Positions 1 to 12,950 of a DNA stretch of 64,000 bases are shown here, piece after piece (position 1 is the stretch's first letter; each line of letters opens with the position of its first letter). Under the pieces are notes generated by a model, which saw only the letters and a program-made list of their open reading frames with translations, ran no database searches and was not told the DNA's origin. The DNA is from Octopus bimaculoides (Eukaryota), in the NCBI RefSeq assembly GCF_001194135.2, contig NC_068982.1, positions 149,786,013-149,850,012 on the forward strand, read 5' to 3'. Both the position numbers and the translations under genes were made by a program.

Positions 1-13
1 TTAATTAATATAG

Positions 14-672
14 GTGCAAGCATAGCTATGTGGTTAAGAAGTTTGCATCCCAGTCACATGATCTAGATTCAGTGCCTACTTGCATGCAAATGCCATCTTC
101 CAAAGCCACAGGTGAACAAAACTTTGAGAGTGAATTTGGTTGGTGGAAACTGAAAAAGCCTGTTGTATGTGTGTATTTTGCTCAAGATCTCTCACTGTGG
201 CATAGTGCTGCTGGCTGAAGTACAGCCTTCAGAATCAGAAATGGTCTGACAAACTAAAATGAGGAGGGTTGCATAGAAAGCAAGAGTCCCACTAAGTCCT
301 GACTCTGCTATTACACGCCCCAACTATAATCATAGATTTTTGCCAATATTGGCCTAATAAACCACCGCAGAACCCACTAAGTGTAAAGCTGCTAATCTGG
401 ACATCTCTATAGACATAATGGACAAATGTCATTGTGTGTGTGTGTAAGTTTCTTTGTTTACATATTGCATGATAGTTGTGAGTGTAGCTGTCATACTAGA
501 AATTCACATTCAATGTTCTGTGTGAGCATGTCTGGTCATGTGGAAATATTACCTTTCTTGGAAACAGGTGGGGGTTTGCAAGTGAAAGGGCATCAAGGCA
601 GAAAAATTCTATTTCAGTAAACTATCTAACTCATACTACCACGGAAAAGTGATCATTAAAATAGTGATGATG
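14..672 (+). mobile_element. Decayed tRNA-head SINE: head ~14-185 and (GAT)n-type tail ~480-672, with intervening sequence
   Basis: Head TGTGGTTAAGAAGTTTG...GATTCAGT recurs at 20801 and ~39310. The tail GGAAACAGGTGGGGG...AAGGGCATC...GGAAAAGTG..ATTAAAATAGTGATGATGA resembles the other tail copies in the window. Confidence 0.6.
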
Positions 673-1498
673 AATTAACGAAGTGAGTGTTCTATTTCCT
701 TTGAATGCCATGTATCTTTATGCATATACATACATATGGTGTTAATTCTTCATTGTGCACTCTTAGAAATATTCTTTATGTATTACACATTTGAAATGTT
801 AGAAATGTACCAACTGAAGGTTAAAATAAATGAGTCAATGCAAATGTACTGTAGTGGTCTTATACAGTCCTGCATTTGTTCTTTTTAAATCGTCCTTTCA
901 TATCTCAACAAGTTTAATTTTTACTATTCATCTTTCTTGTGTCATCTAAAATTTGTGTCAGTAATACAGAGCATGTTTCATTTGTTTTCCACTACCCCAA
1001 ACAAACTTTTGGTCTTAGCAAAAGGAAAATACTGCAAGATATATATTAAAAATGATTAACTAATATTTCTGTTACATAGTTTAAAGGTAAATTAATATGA
1101 AAACATATTTTTCTGACGGAGAAAAAAAATGTTTATTTTAAGCTGGTATGAAATCCTAGCTTTCTGAATACATCAAAATAAGGTTAAATCAGTTTGGTAA
1201 AATTAAAATCTATAATTTCAGAAAAGAACATAACTGCAACTTTTTATTTACTTTTTATTTTTATGTGTCTAAAATTTTTAAATGTGGGCTTAAATTACAT
1301 TATGACGAGGGTTAATTTTAATAAATATTTTTCTGTACTCCAATGAACAACAGTATGTTAATAATTCTTGGGAAAATGTTTTCTTATAGAAACAATTTTT
1401 CATGATTAACTTTATTGTTGAGTCATTGTGATAGTGTAAAAAGTAAACAAAATCTAAATAAGTTAGATCAGTTTATACACAGCAAATTATTAACTACC

Positions 1499-1508
1499 NN
1501 NNNNNNNN
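1499..1508. other. Assembly gap (10 N); further gaps at 3265-3368, 15727-15736, 47128-47258, 51208-51217, 57672-57811
   Basis: Runs of N in the sequence. Confidence 0.99.
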
Positions 1509-4500
1509 CCAACACACACATAATATACGTATTAGTAGTTCATCCCAGATTAAATGATTAAATGGTTTTTACATTATTAATTATGTCAGATTGTAAATAT
1601 TGGTTTGAGATGGTGTTGTCTTATATTTTGGCATAAGTATGCTGATTGCTTACTTATAACCAATTCTCTGTTTGCAATAAATTAACAATTAGCTTTAATA
1701 TAAATTCATAAGTAATTAAGTTGTTTTGAAAAACTAGTTAATGTATCTACAAGTCAGATAGGTAGTCAGTAAATACATTATTGACTGTAAAGGCTTGATT
1801 CATAAAAGTACACATCTAATGGTAGGATTAATAGCTGTCAGATTTTTCTCTGTGTGTAGTTTCCCCTACAAAATTAATAGATTATTCCGACATATTTGAT
1901 ATATTTAAGTTTCTTAGTTGAGTTATGATAATGAAATTTTCCAGGCTCTGAATCTCGTTATGTGTTTCCATTAATATAAGATTTCAATTGGTTTCATATC
2001 CAGTCACTGTTAGGTGTCCTATTTCTGATTATATATATTGTCTTTAACTGGATTTCAACTAAGAAAATTTATTTCCAAATGAAGAGCAGTCATTTTAAAA
2101 TACAGACTCTGAGTTCAAATCTACTCTAACACAATGTTCATATTTAGGAATAGGGTATCTTATCATGATCAGATATTGAACCTGTATAAAACTTTGCAAA
2201 TGAAAACAAAAGGGAAAAATTAAAATCTAGAAAGTTAATTATATGACACATCAATATTATTAAAATCCTTTACACTCTGTTAATAAAAGGATTGTAATCT
2301 TTTTGTTGATTTGCTTTGCCTCACTGTGTTTCAAGAGTTTTAGTAATGAGACAGAAATACATCAGTTGTTATTGTGCATACTATCCTCATAAGCCAGTAG
2401 TGATACACAAATATCAAAACATATACAGAGTTATATCCATATATATATGTATTAATAAATATATATTTAGTCTAATTATGAAGTGTATTGTTTATCAAAC
2501 ATATGGATATGACTCCCTATACATATTTATTCATAATTTAGTGTCTTGGTGTTTTAGTTACTAAAACCAAAGATGTATGTATGTGTGTGTGTGTTGTGTA
2601 ACTAGCCTGAGTCAGTTCTGATTGAACATGTAGGCTGTTATAATTGCATGGTCTATTCACACAGTGATCTAATTAATCATAGCATACCCGGTGGTTGTAG
2701 GGAATGTCTTTGACTCCTGAAGGTGTTGTAGGAACCCTGTTGTGACATACTGCTTGCCTTAGGCATTTTAAAACCTGATCATTTGTTGTATAGCTGAATT
2801 CTGAATATACAGGCCATCTCACCCACTCATGGAAAATCTTTGGATAAATAACTAAAGTGATTTTAAAGTTAGCTATGTATTTACCTTGTTTTGGTTATTT
2901 ATAATATGATTTACAAGTTTGTTGGGAAATAAATAAAAAATCCTAGTAACCACAAATATTTTATGAAGGAAAATATATCTATTCTAAACAATATGAACAA
3001 GAATATCTATTTTCAAATGCAAAATGTATGTGGATGGCAATTCTATAAGTTTCTTGGTTTGTCAAATATTTGTTTTGGCACCAAGATTACTTTGTGTAAA
3101 TTTTTAATTTACATATTAACTCTTGGTAATGGTTTTTATGTTTGCTGTATATTTTCTTTGATTTTTGTATGTCTTCTGAAAATACTTTGAATTCAAACTT
3201 GCTGCTTGACAACTTGGAACTGGTATCCATTTTCCATCCATAGTGAAACATTTCAGAAATTTGANNNNNNNNNNNNNNNNNNNNNNNNNNNNNNNNNNNN
3301 NNNNNNNNNNNNNNNNNNNNNNNNNNNNNNNNNNNNNNNNNNNNNNNNNNNNNNNNNNNNNNNNNNNNATGTGAGAAAATCTCCGAAAATTCCCAGCACT
3401 TAGATATGTACAATAATGGTGTACAGTGTAAGTCAGTTGTTTACATAGTGAAACCATGTTTTCACAAATGTACTGAAATTCTCATAAAAATATGAATGTC
3501 ATTTTGGATGGTTCTGGCTTGTTTGGTAATATTAACCAAAACTTCTTTTGGCTGGCTATGGGTGGGTTAGTAATGAAAGGGTTAACTTTAGTCATATTTG
3601 AACTCAGAACTTCAAAACAGTCTGGCTCTGTATTTGTCCTGTATAGTTGTACCTTACATATCATAACTGAATGATATTTGACATACATGTAGACTGTATA
3701 AACAATATTTATTGGGTGCTAGGACTGTAGATTCAACAGGCTAAAAGTGTTTTTCTTGTGTTCAATTTTCAGCTATACTTGTACCACATTTTATTTCATT
3801 GTTATACAGCTTAGCACTAAGGGTATGTAATGGTTTCTCTTTTGTGAATTAATACAAAAGTTTAGAATTTTCAGACCTATCAAAAAAATTCTTTAAAATC
3901 TAGTCAGTTGGATGTTAAAATTTTTTGTATCGGATACTAAATATTTTAGTTCAAAATGTTTTTATTAATTTTTTTATAAGAAAAATTTTCAAAAATGTGT
4001 GTTCAACTTATTGACATTAAGAAGTGCACACATCTGTACAACACCTGTTCTAACTCATGTTTTTAAGAGCCAAATGTGTGCGTTGATAAATGATGAAGAT
4101 AAAAAAATATGTTAATGAAAAGAAAAGAAATGAACTATGTTTTATCTAAGATGATTTATTGGAAGTTATTTTTTGAATATTCCTTTTATTTAATTTAACT
4201 TTTTTTCAAATGTTAGTAATGAAGTAGATCAGTGTTTCTTGACCAATTTTGCCTCATGCCCCTCACTCCAATTGTATACCTCACCTTGAACAAAGTTTGT
4301 ATACAGCATCATGTATTCAAAAAAAGTTTTAATTAAAACTTTATTGCAAGTTTTTTTCACTTGTAACTTAAACCTCATTCTGAAGCCCCTCACCCTACAA
4401 AATATTGCTGTATCCTGCCAAGGAGACATGCACCTTCACCTTTATTTTACTTCTACTCCTGTCAGTGTATTTTATTGAGTCCTTTGCTCTTTGAATGAAT

Positions 4501-5485
4501 GTTTAATTTAATAAAAATGTTTTTATTACTTCAGTAGAAGCTTCATTGAAGAATAAATATAAACTTTTATTTTTCTAAGCATCTATGGTATTTTACTGAT
4601 TTTACTGCTATCTGTGGGTTACTAATAAGATTGTGCCGTTTCTTTCATTGTTAATCCTTTTGTTACCATATTTCTGTTGAAGTACATTGCCTCTGTTTCA
4701 ATTAATCGTTCATATAATGAAGAATTTAGTAAAATAGCGTAGTAATTATTAAGATGGTGTTTTAAGCATAAATTAACATGAAGTTCAGATGGTAAGTTTT
4801 AATTTGGATCACTTAAAAAAATAGATATGTTGAGGTCCCAATCAACACAAATTTTACTTGACATGAAGATGCAGGCAAACAAAAGACTTAATGGTATTGT
4901 AGATTTATATCTACTTCAGTATTTTAATTTTTATGATATACAGTAGTAATCAGATCTACCTATTTATATCAACCAAAGAGGAAGCCCCTTACATGGTCAC
5001 TTGACCTTCTAGAAATGGTAGCCAAATTCTCTCAAATCATACCTTTAAAAAGATAGTGTAGCCATTGTTGGAATGCTTTTTATCAGAGGTCTTCTCAATC
5101 ACGGTTGGCCTGAGGTTAAACAACAACTTACTGTTGTACATCCAAATCATTCAAGTTCTGAGCAATCACATTGAAGCAGTTCATTGTTACAGTTATCTTG
5201 AGGCTTTGTTTAGTGTTACTGAACAGGGTTGAACAGCTCTACCTGAGTAGATCTACATCATGGTGGGAGCAAATCAATTCTTTCTACTGTTATCCTGTTT
5301 CAATTGTACACATCATTTTGAGGTTTTGTATTTAAAATGAACCTGCCGTTTTCAAAGTGAATTACTCAGTTTTTTGGGGGTTTTTTTAACATTTACAGCT
5401 TCTCTTCAATTATTAGCTCTTTATGTAAATCTAAAATTAGAAAAGGGATTCTGTTCTAATTCATGGGTATTTATTTATGTTACAG

Positions 5486-5546
5486 GATCCAATCCGTTGC
5501 CAATATCCAGTTACAAACACTGCCTAAAGACTTCATAATACATATG
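5486..5546 (+). other. TNRC6: Candidate upstream exon of GW182 ending exactly in ATG (5544-5546); 5'UTR or coding
   Basis: Acceptor ttatttatgttacag|5486 and consensus donor ATG|gtgagt. The frame ending in this ATG is open across the exon (IQSVANIQLQTLPKDFIIHM). No transcript evidence. Confidence 0.55.
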
Positions 5547-5669
5547 GTGAGTAATGTTTCATACAATGACTTTTTGGTGTTGCAAATGGAATTTCTGCCC
5601 AAATTATATAAATATTGATTGTTTTTAGGTTTATTATTTTGATCAGCATTACTGAAAGAGATGCTACGT

Positions 5670-5990
5670 TATCATTTAATGTCCATTTTTCATGTTGGCA
5701 TGGGCTGGACACTGCCCAGCTCCAATTGTCTGTTTTGGCATGGTTTCTACGACTGGATGTTCTTCCTAATGCCAGCCACTTTACTGTGTACTGCGTGCTT
5801 TTTAAGTGGCACTGGCACGAGTGCTTTTACATGTCACCAGCACACTACATTTTACGTGGCACCAGCAGAAGTGCTTCTCACATGGCGCCAGCACAAGTCC
5901 TGTTTATGTAGTACTGGTACAAGTGCTTTTTATGTGGAACCGCAACCCCACAAGACAGACCCTTTGGCTGAGAGAGGGAGTGGGAGGCAT
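5670..5990 (-). mobile_element. SINE tail-family copy; a second shorter copy lies at ~6170-6320
   Basis: Shared core TTTCTACxxCTGGATG(C/T)xCTTCCTxAxGCCA, also at 31380 and 33535. Confidence 0.75.
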
Positions 5991-6699
5991 GGCCATACAT
6001 ATCTTTTATTTTCCAGAAGTTATTTGTGCTCAAGTTTTTTTTTCTTCTTGACAGTAAGGCTGTTAATTTAATTTCTTTGCTGAAACTTAAGAAATGTATT
6101 GTTCATGAAATAAGAACATCAAACTGACTTGCATTTAATCATCTATCAGTGCAGGAGTATTTTGTTTTCTTATCATCACCATCAGATTCCATTTTCCATG
6201 CTGGTGTGGGTTGGACAGCTTGACGGGAACTGGCAAGGCCAGGGGCCGTACCAAGTTCTGTTGTCTGTTTTGGCTTGGTTTCTACAGCTGGATGCCCTTC
6301 CTGACACCAAAAATCCATTGTTTCTCTTCATTACCTTCTTTCCATTCTTCATATTTCTAATACACACATGCATACACAGACACACTCATTCACAAATACA
6401 CACATATACTATTTTTATTTTTTAATGGTATAGTCAGAAGTAGAAAAGCAATGCTCAACTACTTTCAGAGCCTCTTTGATAAACAGAAAGAAGGGAATAA
6501 ATTATCCTCTGACCAAAGACCTAGTTCTGATGGTTATAACAAAGTAAGCTCAGCTAAGGGCCAACTGGTCGTGTTATTATCATCAAAATCCTCATCCATT
6601 TTCATGATAACTTTTTCCATGCTCACATGTATTGGATAGGTTCTTTCCTACACAGTGTCTTGCCATTTACTGCAAATTTTGTCATCTTTTTTGTGAGAT

Positions 6700-7560
6700 T
6701 TGATTTCTTGAGATCAGCTTTTACCACTTCTGCCTGTGGCTTCCTTGATCTTCTCCTATAACTTCCTTCCACTTTAAGAGCCTATGCAGCATCACGTTTC
6801 ATACACAAGCAACATACAATCTGCTTCTTCACTTGAAGAGGTAATCCCTCTGTTGCCTACAGAGGTCACAGCTCCCTTAGCTTTTCATACTCTGTTCTTA
6901 GTCTGGCCACTATTCTTTCAGAGTACCCTCCTCTGTTGATTAGGTTATTCTAATAGCAGAAGCTACCAATTACTTCTATAAATGCTTAAAAGCATTGAAA
7001 AGAATGTATTTTACTACTGCACTGACTGCTAATTATTCTTGTGCATCTGTCACCTTTGATGCCAGGACACCTCTTGTGCACATAGTGCACCTTGTGTGGA
7101 ATGCCTACCTCCTCTTTTTCTTTGTCTTTGCCAAATTTATTCTGCTGCCTTTCAATTCTAAGTTTTGCTTACACATCTGGAATTTCTTCTCTACTCTGTT
7201 ATTAGCCATTAGCAAATAGGAATTCCCATGGACGACCAGTCTTAAACTCCTCTGTCAAAACTTAGAGACTATAACAGAAAGAAGGGGCTGAGAATTGAGA
7301 TTTACTAAACCTACCTGCATTTTGCCATCTCTCGCTTTTCCGATTGCTTTCCTGTGCACTACTCTCATAAACCATTCAGTTATTGCCTACTCTTGTCAAA
7401 TGCCTTCTCCAGATCAACAAATGTGAGGTAGAGGTTTATTCGACTTGTCTCTTTCAAAATAGTGTCTTCAACAGTTGAAACTTTTCCTAGAACAAGTTTT
7501 CAGAGGTAGTACACAGTTCTTGTAGCAAATCTTTTTCAGTCTCTTCTATTATCTAAAGTA
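6700..7560 (-). mobile_element. Decayed RTE-like LINE reverse-transcriptase remnant
   Basis: The minus strand at 7395-7433 reads LYLTFVDLEKAFD, a non-LTR RT motif. 6785-6908 reads approximately KLRELxPLxATEGLPLQVK..LYVACV..VMLH, similar to the RTE C-terminal region. Stops and frameshifts are present. Confidence 0.75.
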
Positions 7561-10500
7561 GCTGGCCTTTCATAGTGGATTTCACCTTCAAGAGTGTAGG
7601 GTAGTTCAGTCGAAAGTTATATAGATGAGTGATATATGAACCGGTATGGTAGGTGACCAGAATTCATCCATGTTTCAGGTCTTCTCTTTTACATTGCCTC
7701 TCTTTAAACACCTCAGGACTGCCAAGTAAAACTTATTTGATCACTTGACCTCATAGAACAAACTCATGATGTACAATATCCTTCCAATCAAAAAATTATG
7801 CTCAACATCACTTTCATATTTGAGCAACATGTGCTTTTTTTCCCCTCTCTCTGTTTGACATTGGCAACAGCTGCCTTTGTGATTTAACATGGTAGCAATA
7901 CACTCATGTATCATTACATCAGCTATTATGACACTTTCCAGAGACTTAGTTGAAAGATCAAATAACTTCTGACTGTGACTTGCCTTCTTTTTTGGTCATC
8001 TATCAAATGGCACAGCGCTGTGTTTTCAGCAATGCAATGTATTTTCAGTTTTTTCTTTTAAGAACATATTGCAAGAAGTTTTACAGATGCCTACTTCTTT
8101 GGAAAGACAGTTAGGTAGCAGTTTTCATAAAATCACAAATCACACATTTGCAATGTGATCATCCAGATTTGGAATCATCTTTAATGGATGTTCTTCTTGA
8201 TTTGAAATATTGATACCCTTCCTGAATTGTGCAGCTCAAACAATCCACAAAGGCCTATTACAACATAAGAAAAGTCTCTGTAAAAGATTTTCATAATTTG
8301 AAACAGAATTTTGCAAAAACTCTTCGATTTTGTACTCCATTGTCCAACTTGCATCAAATTGCCAAGTGGTGCATCAAACATGCATTCATTCTATCAAATG
8401 TAGACAATTAACATGAAGTGTTATTGTTGTTATTATTAGACTAAAGGTCATGGTCATCCAGCTACAGTATGACAGTTACAAGCACACTATCCCACCTTGT
8501 TGATGCAGTTTTAAAAACATATACATTGTTTTATTTTCCATTAGGTACAATTTCAATCATTTGGATATTTTATTTGTAATTAATTTTAACAGATGAATGC
8601 ATTTCCTTTTCCTTTTTCCTTCTCGGAGCTAAAGTTGAAGTGATAAATATTGTTAGTCTGCAAACTGATTTAGAGTCTCGAATCTATGTTTGTTGTTGCA
8701 AATGAGCAACATGGAGTTAGAAGAAACAAGAGAGCACTAGATTAAATGTACTATATTTAATGTTATTTCCCTATATTCTGTGGTGAATATAGGATTTAGT
8801 CATTCATATATCTAATTGATAAAACAATACCAGTGATATACTGTAATAAATTATATCACCCATCTGCAAACAAATACATTTCCCATCTGCAGCAATTAGT
8901 TTCATATGTAGTCAAGATTGAACTCCTGGCTATGTGGCCAAGTACCAGCTCAGAATTGTACTTGACATCAAGCCTTTATATCTCTTTGTAAATTAAAAGA
9001 TTTTTATTAAACAAGCTTAATGCAACTCTCTCGAAACAAGTTGGTGATGTAAATATGCAGAATAAGCTTTATGACTAGCTGCGCTTTAGTATTGTTTTAA
9101 GATGACCCTCCAAAAGATTTACATACTGTAACTGAATCTACCTTGTGAGATTTTAACTTTAATAATCCTATTATATTGATTACATGGTCAAGATTTCTAA
9201 TGTTTTCATTGTGATATGTATTTTATTGCAGTCAGATACATTTCAGTGTGTTGAGGGTAGTTGAACTTGAGAGAACAATAGTGAACATTGTGGCTTCATT
9301 TTTAATGAAAATAAACTGTAAAATATAACATAGATGATTTATATAAACTCAGATCAGCAGGTTATTTCCTTTTTTATTGAACATTCTGATCTGATTAGGA
9401 AATTTATTTTAAATTGTTGTCATTGAGTTTAAAAGAAATTGACTTATAAGTATCATCTTAAATTATCATTATTATGGCATTTTTCAATACATTGGTAAAG
9501 TGTGCTGTGTTTTTTTTTTTATATTTCAAATCATTAACCATTTTATTTTAATTATCATCGTTTGCTTACATCTGTGTTTGATAGTATTGACAGTATTCAT
9601 TGAAGATTCTCTTTGGAAGAATCTTATGAATTGCGAAAATAATGATATGAAATTGTCTTTCAACTCATTGAAAGGTTCTTAGTGGTGTGGTAGAAGCTTT
9701 CCTATTCTATCTTACAAAATAAGAAATATTTTGCAGCTCTGACATTCTCTTATTCATTCATTCATTCTTTTTGTTTAGTTTTCTCTTTTCTCTTTCTATG
9801 TAATAAGTTAACAATTTGTTTGACATGATGATGATGATGATGCATTGTATTGAATCAATATGGAGAAACATTATTTTTAACATTTGTAATTACCTGTTGT
9901 ATTAAAATGTTGTGTCCTTGATAATCAGTTAAACAAAGAGCTGCATAAAAGCCTAATGGAAGAATAAAATTGAAGAATATTTTTATTGCACACTCTAAGG
10001 ATACTAACACAATTCAAAAATCATTAGTATTAAAGTTAAAGACAAAATATTAATAAATGTAGTAATCTAAATTACTTTTGGATGTGTTCCTAAATTTGTT
10101 TTTCTTTAATGACAATTGAGAAAAGTCTCTTCTATCTCAGCTGTTACATTACATTTCTATACACAAGCTTTGTTCTTTACAATCTTTTAGTTAACTGATT
10201 TCCTAACATTTATTATCATTTGCATCACTACTTTTCAAGTTTTAGTTCTGTTCTAACAGTCAGTATTTTATTTCAATTATTTTCACACAAACTTTCATTT
10301 ATATTACTCATCAAACATTTAATTTATCTTTTGTTATTGGTAGTCTTTCCTGAATTTCCACTCTTACTTCATCATCAGTGTCTGTAAATCTGTCTCTCTT
10401 CTTTCTGTTCTTAGAATGCAAGCATTAAATAGGATTTTGACCACAAGAGTTTTATAGCTTGTATTAAAACCCTGTCTCTGTGCATGATTGGTACAACTGA

Positions 10501-11519
10501 CTGGGGCCTGAGTGTGTACACATAACATTATTTACAAATAGATGTCCATACCATACAAATAAATGTCCATAATGATGGAATTGATGTACATAATATTAAT
10601 AATCTGATAATGATTTGTCAGTCTGAAAATTTAGTCTGCTAAGAACTGTCTAGAATGTCATTTGTGTGTTAGCTGAAATCTTAGGAACAATGTATTTTGT
10701 TTCATTTAGCTATTTTTCATTAAATATCAGCAATGGAAAATGGTTAAGGTAGACAGAATCAATGGAAGTCTGGTTTTTAATGTGTCTGTTAAAAGGAACA
10801 TTTTTCAAGTTGTGGAGGTTAATTAGCTTGTTAGAACTTTATCCTTGGTTTATATGTTTTGAAACAGAAGGATTAAAAGTAAAACTCTAATTATTTTTCT
10901 GTACATGTTAATTTCTTCATGATGATTATGTTTTGTTTATTTCTTTGTTGATCTTAAGCATCTGGTATGTAATTTGTTGTAGCATCTAGTATGCTATTTG
11001 GTCTATAATTAGTTAAATTTAAACAATTAAAAAGATCTCATCTTCCAGTTACCAGAATTTTGATTTCTTACCTAAAACATCATTCTCCTAGCCTCTGACT
11101 GTGTTTTGTAACTTTTCTGCAATAATGTTTTTACTCTATAATACATTTCCTAAGTGATGTTTTCATCTGGCATTCACTATTTGTGTTGTCATATATTTGT
11201 AATCATATAAAGAACAAAGATTATGCTTTACCTTAAAACATTTGATAATTCAATATTTTGGACAAAATTTGCCTAGAATGAGGAATATCAATGCTCTTTA
11301 TGAAGTGGGTTGTATTTTCCATGGGTTTTTCTCTTTTTTAAAAATTTTTTCTTTTTTTTTTGTAAAAAAATCTTGAATTAAAGGCTGTGTGCATGCAAGG
11401 TAGGTAGGTAGAGAAAGAGAGGGGGCTTAAAGTTTGCCTCAGAGGCAGGTAGAAATGGCTAGATTAGCCAATGAGCTTTGCTTTATTTTTGTTAGAAGTT
11501 GATGGTGTGTTTGTATTGT

Positions 11520-12950
11520 TTGAACAAAGATTTACTTTCTTGATCCTTTAGTTCCCAATATTTTGAACTGTAGCTCTGATTGTAACAGTGATGTTCTTGT
11601 TCTAGGATTTATTGAAGTGTTTGTTAACTGGCAACACACATTTGTGAGGGTGTTTTCATTTGATTGTGCAAATGCCCAGCCGGATAGTGTTCCCAATGTA
11701 ATTTCTGTCACATTTTGTGCATTCTTAACTGGTAGGCAACTGCTCAACTGCCTTATGTTGTGAATGGTAGTTGTTAGTGCTCTGTCCTCCAATTAGTTCA
11801 TAATAGGGATAGCCAGCAGGTTCAACAGATCCCATTGACAGTACTGTGGTATGTTACATGATCAAGGAAACCAGTAATGTGTTGTTCACAATGATTGACA
11901 TGAGTTGGTGGATGTCTAAGTGTGAGATTGAAACAAATGTTGAAGTGATGTTGTGATTGGTCTGTAGATTTGATGCCTTGAAGTGAGAGAATTTCTATGC
12001 TAAAAAGATTTCTGTTGTTTTTGAGTATAATGAAGCCAACTTGTTGGAGCCTTTGATGCAAACAATTATCAACCTGTGTGAAGAAGGTTTGTAGTGTAAG
12101 GTTTGATCCAAGAAAGAAGCCAAGAAATTTTGTATAATAATTTTTTAAGCTGGAGACAGTGGATCTAATTTTAAGTTTCAGTTTAAAATTGTTTCTCTTT
12201 ATGAGACGGTAGAAGATAAGTTTTGCTGTTTTTAATGGCAAAAAGATGCCTTTGTTACTGATGTCAACCTAAATGGTGTTGATGAGGTTTTTAAATCTTC
12301 ACCATTTAAACTGGCCTGATCTGACTTCTCACAACTAGCCTACAATGTCCTCTATAAATAATCACATCATCAAAATCTGAAAGCTACAAGATAATACATG
12401 TTTAATTCAAAACATTGTGGATAAATAGGCATTGCATTAGACAGAGTAATCTGAATATTAAAGGGTTAATCTAGATTGGTGTGATCTATAATATCAGTGC
12501 AATCCAGAGTTGTTCAGTTGCTCAAGTGCAGATATCCTGAATGGAATGCCAAATTCTTTCTCTTTGTAAGAAGTATGTTAAATGAACTATTTCAAATGAA
12601 GTATTGGAATTTAAAGAAATCAGAGCTTTCCCTAGTTATTTTTCTAGGAGGTTGGAGATGAACAGTTTACAACAAGCAAGTTTGAGGTTAAGTTTATGGT
12701 CGATGGGATATGTCTGTAACTGATGTCAACCTTAATGGTATTGATGAGGTTTTTAAATCTTTAGTATTTAAACTGGCCTGGTCTAACCTATCACAACTAA
12801 ATGGGTTAAATGGGCTGCCAGAGGTGTTAGATAGCAAATCTGATAGTAGTGGTTGTGTTGTAGTATTGAGTTTGTGAGCAGAAATATATGTAACCTGTAA
12901 GGGTAGGCAAATTCAATAGAGTTTCAAGTGAGCTTTATACTATCATAATT
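11520..12950 (-). mobile_element. Penelope-like retroelement remnant with GIY-YIG endonuclease
   Basis: The minus strand near 11560-11745 reads AVAYQL/ECTKCDRNYIGNT...K*KH...LPVNKHFN, matching the PLE GIY-YIG pattern (VYxLxCxxCxxxYIGxT...H...VxxHFN). An RFKNLINT linker motif lies in a duplicated 84-bp block. Stops and frameshifts are present. Confidence 0.7.
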
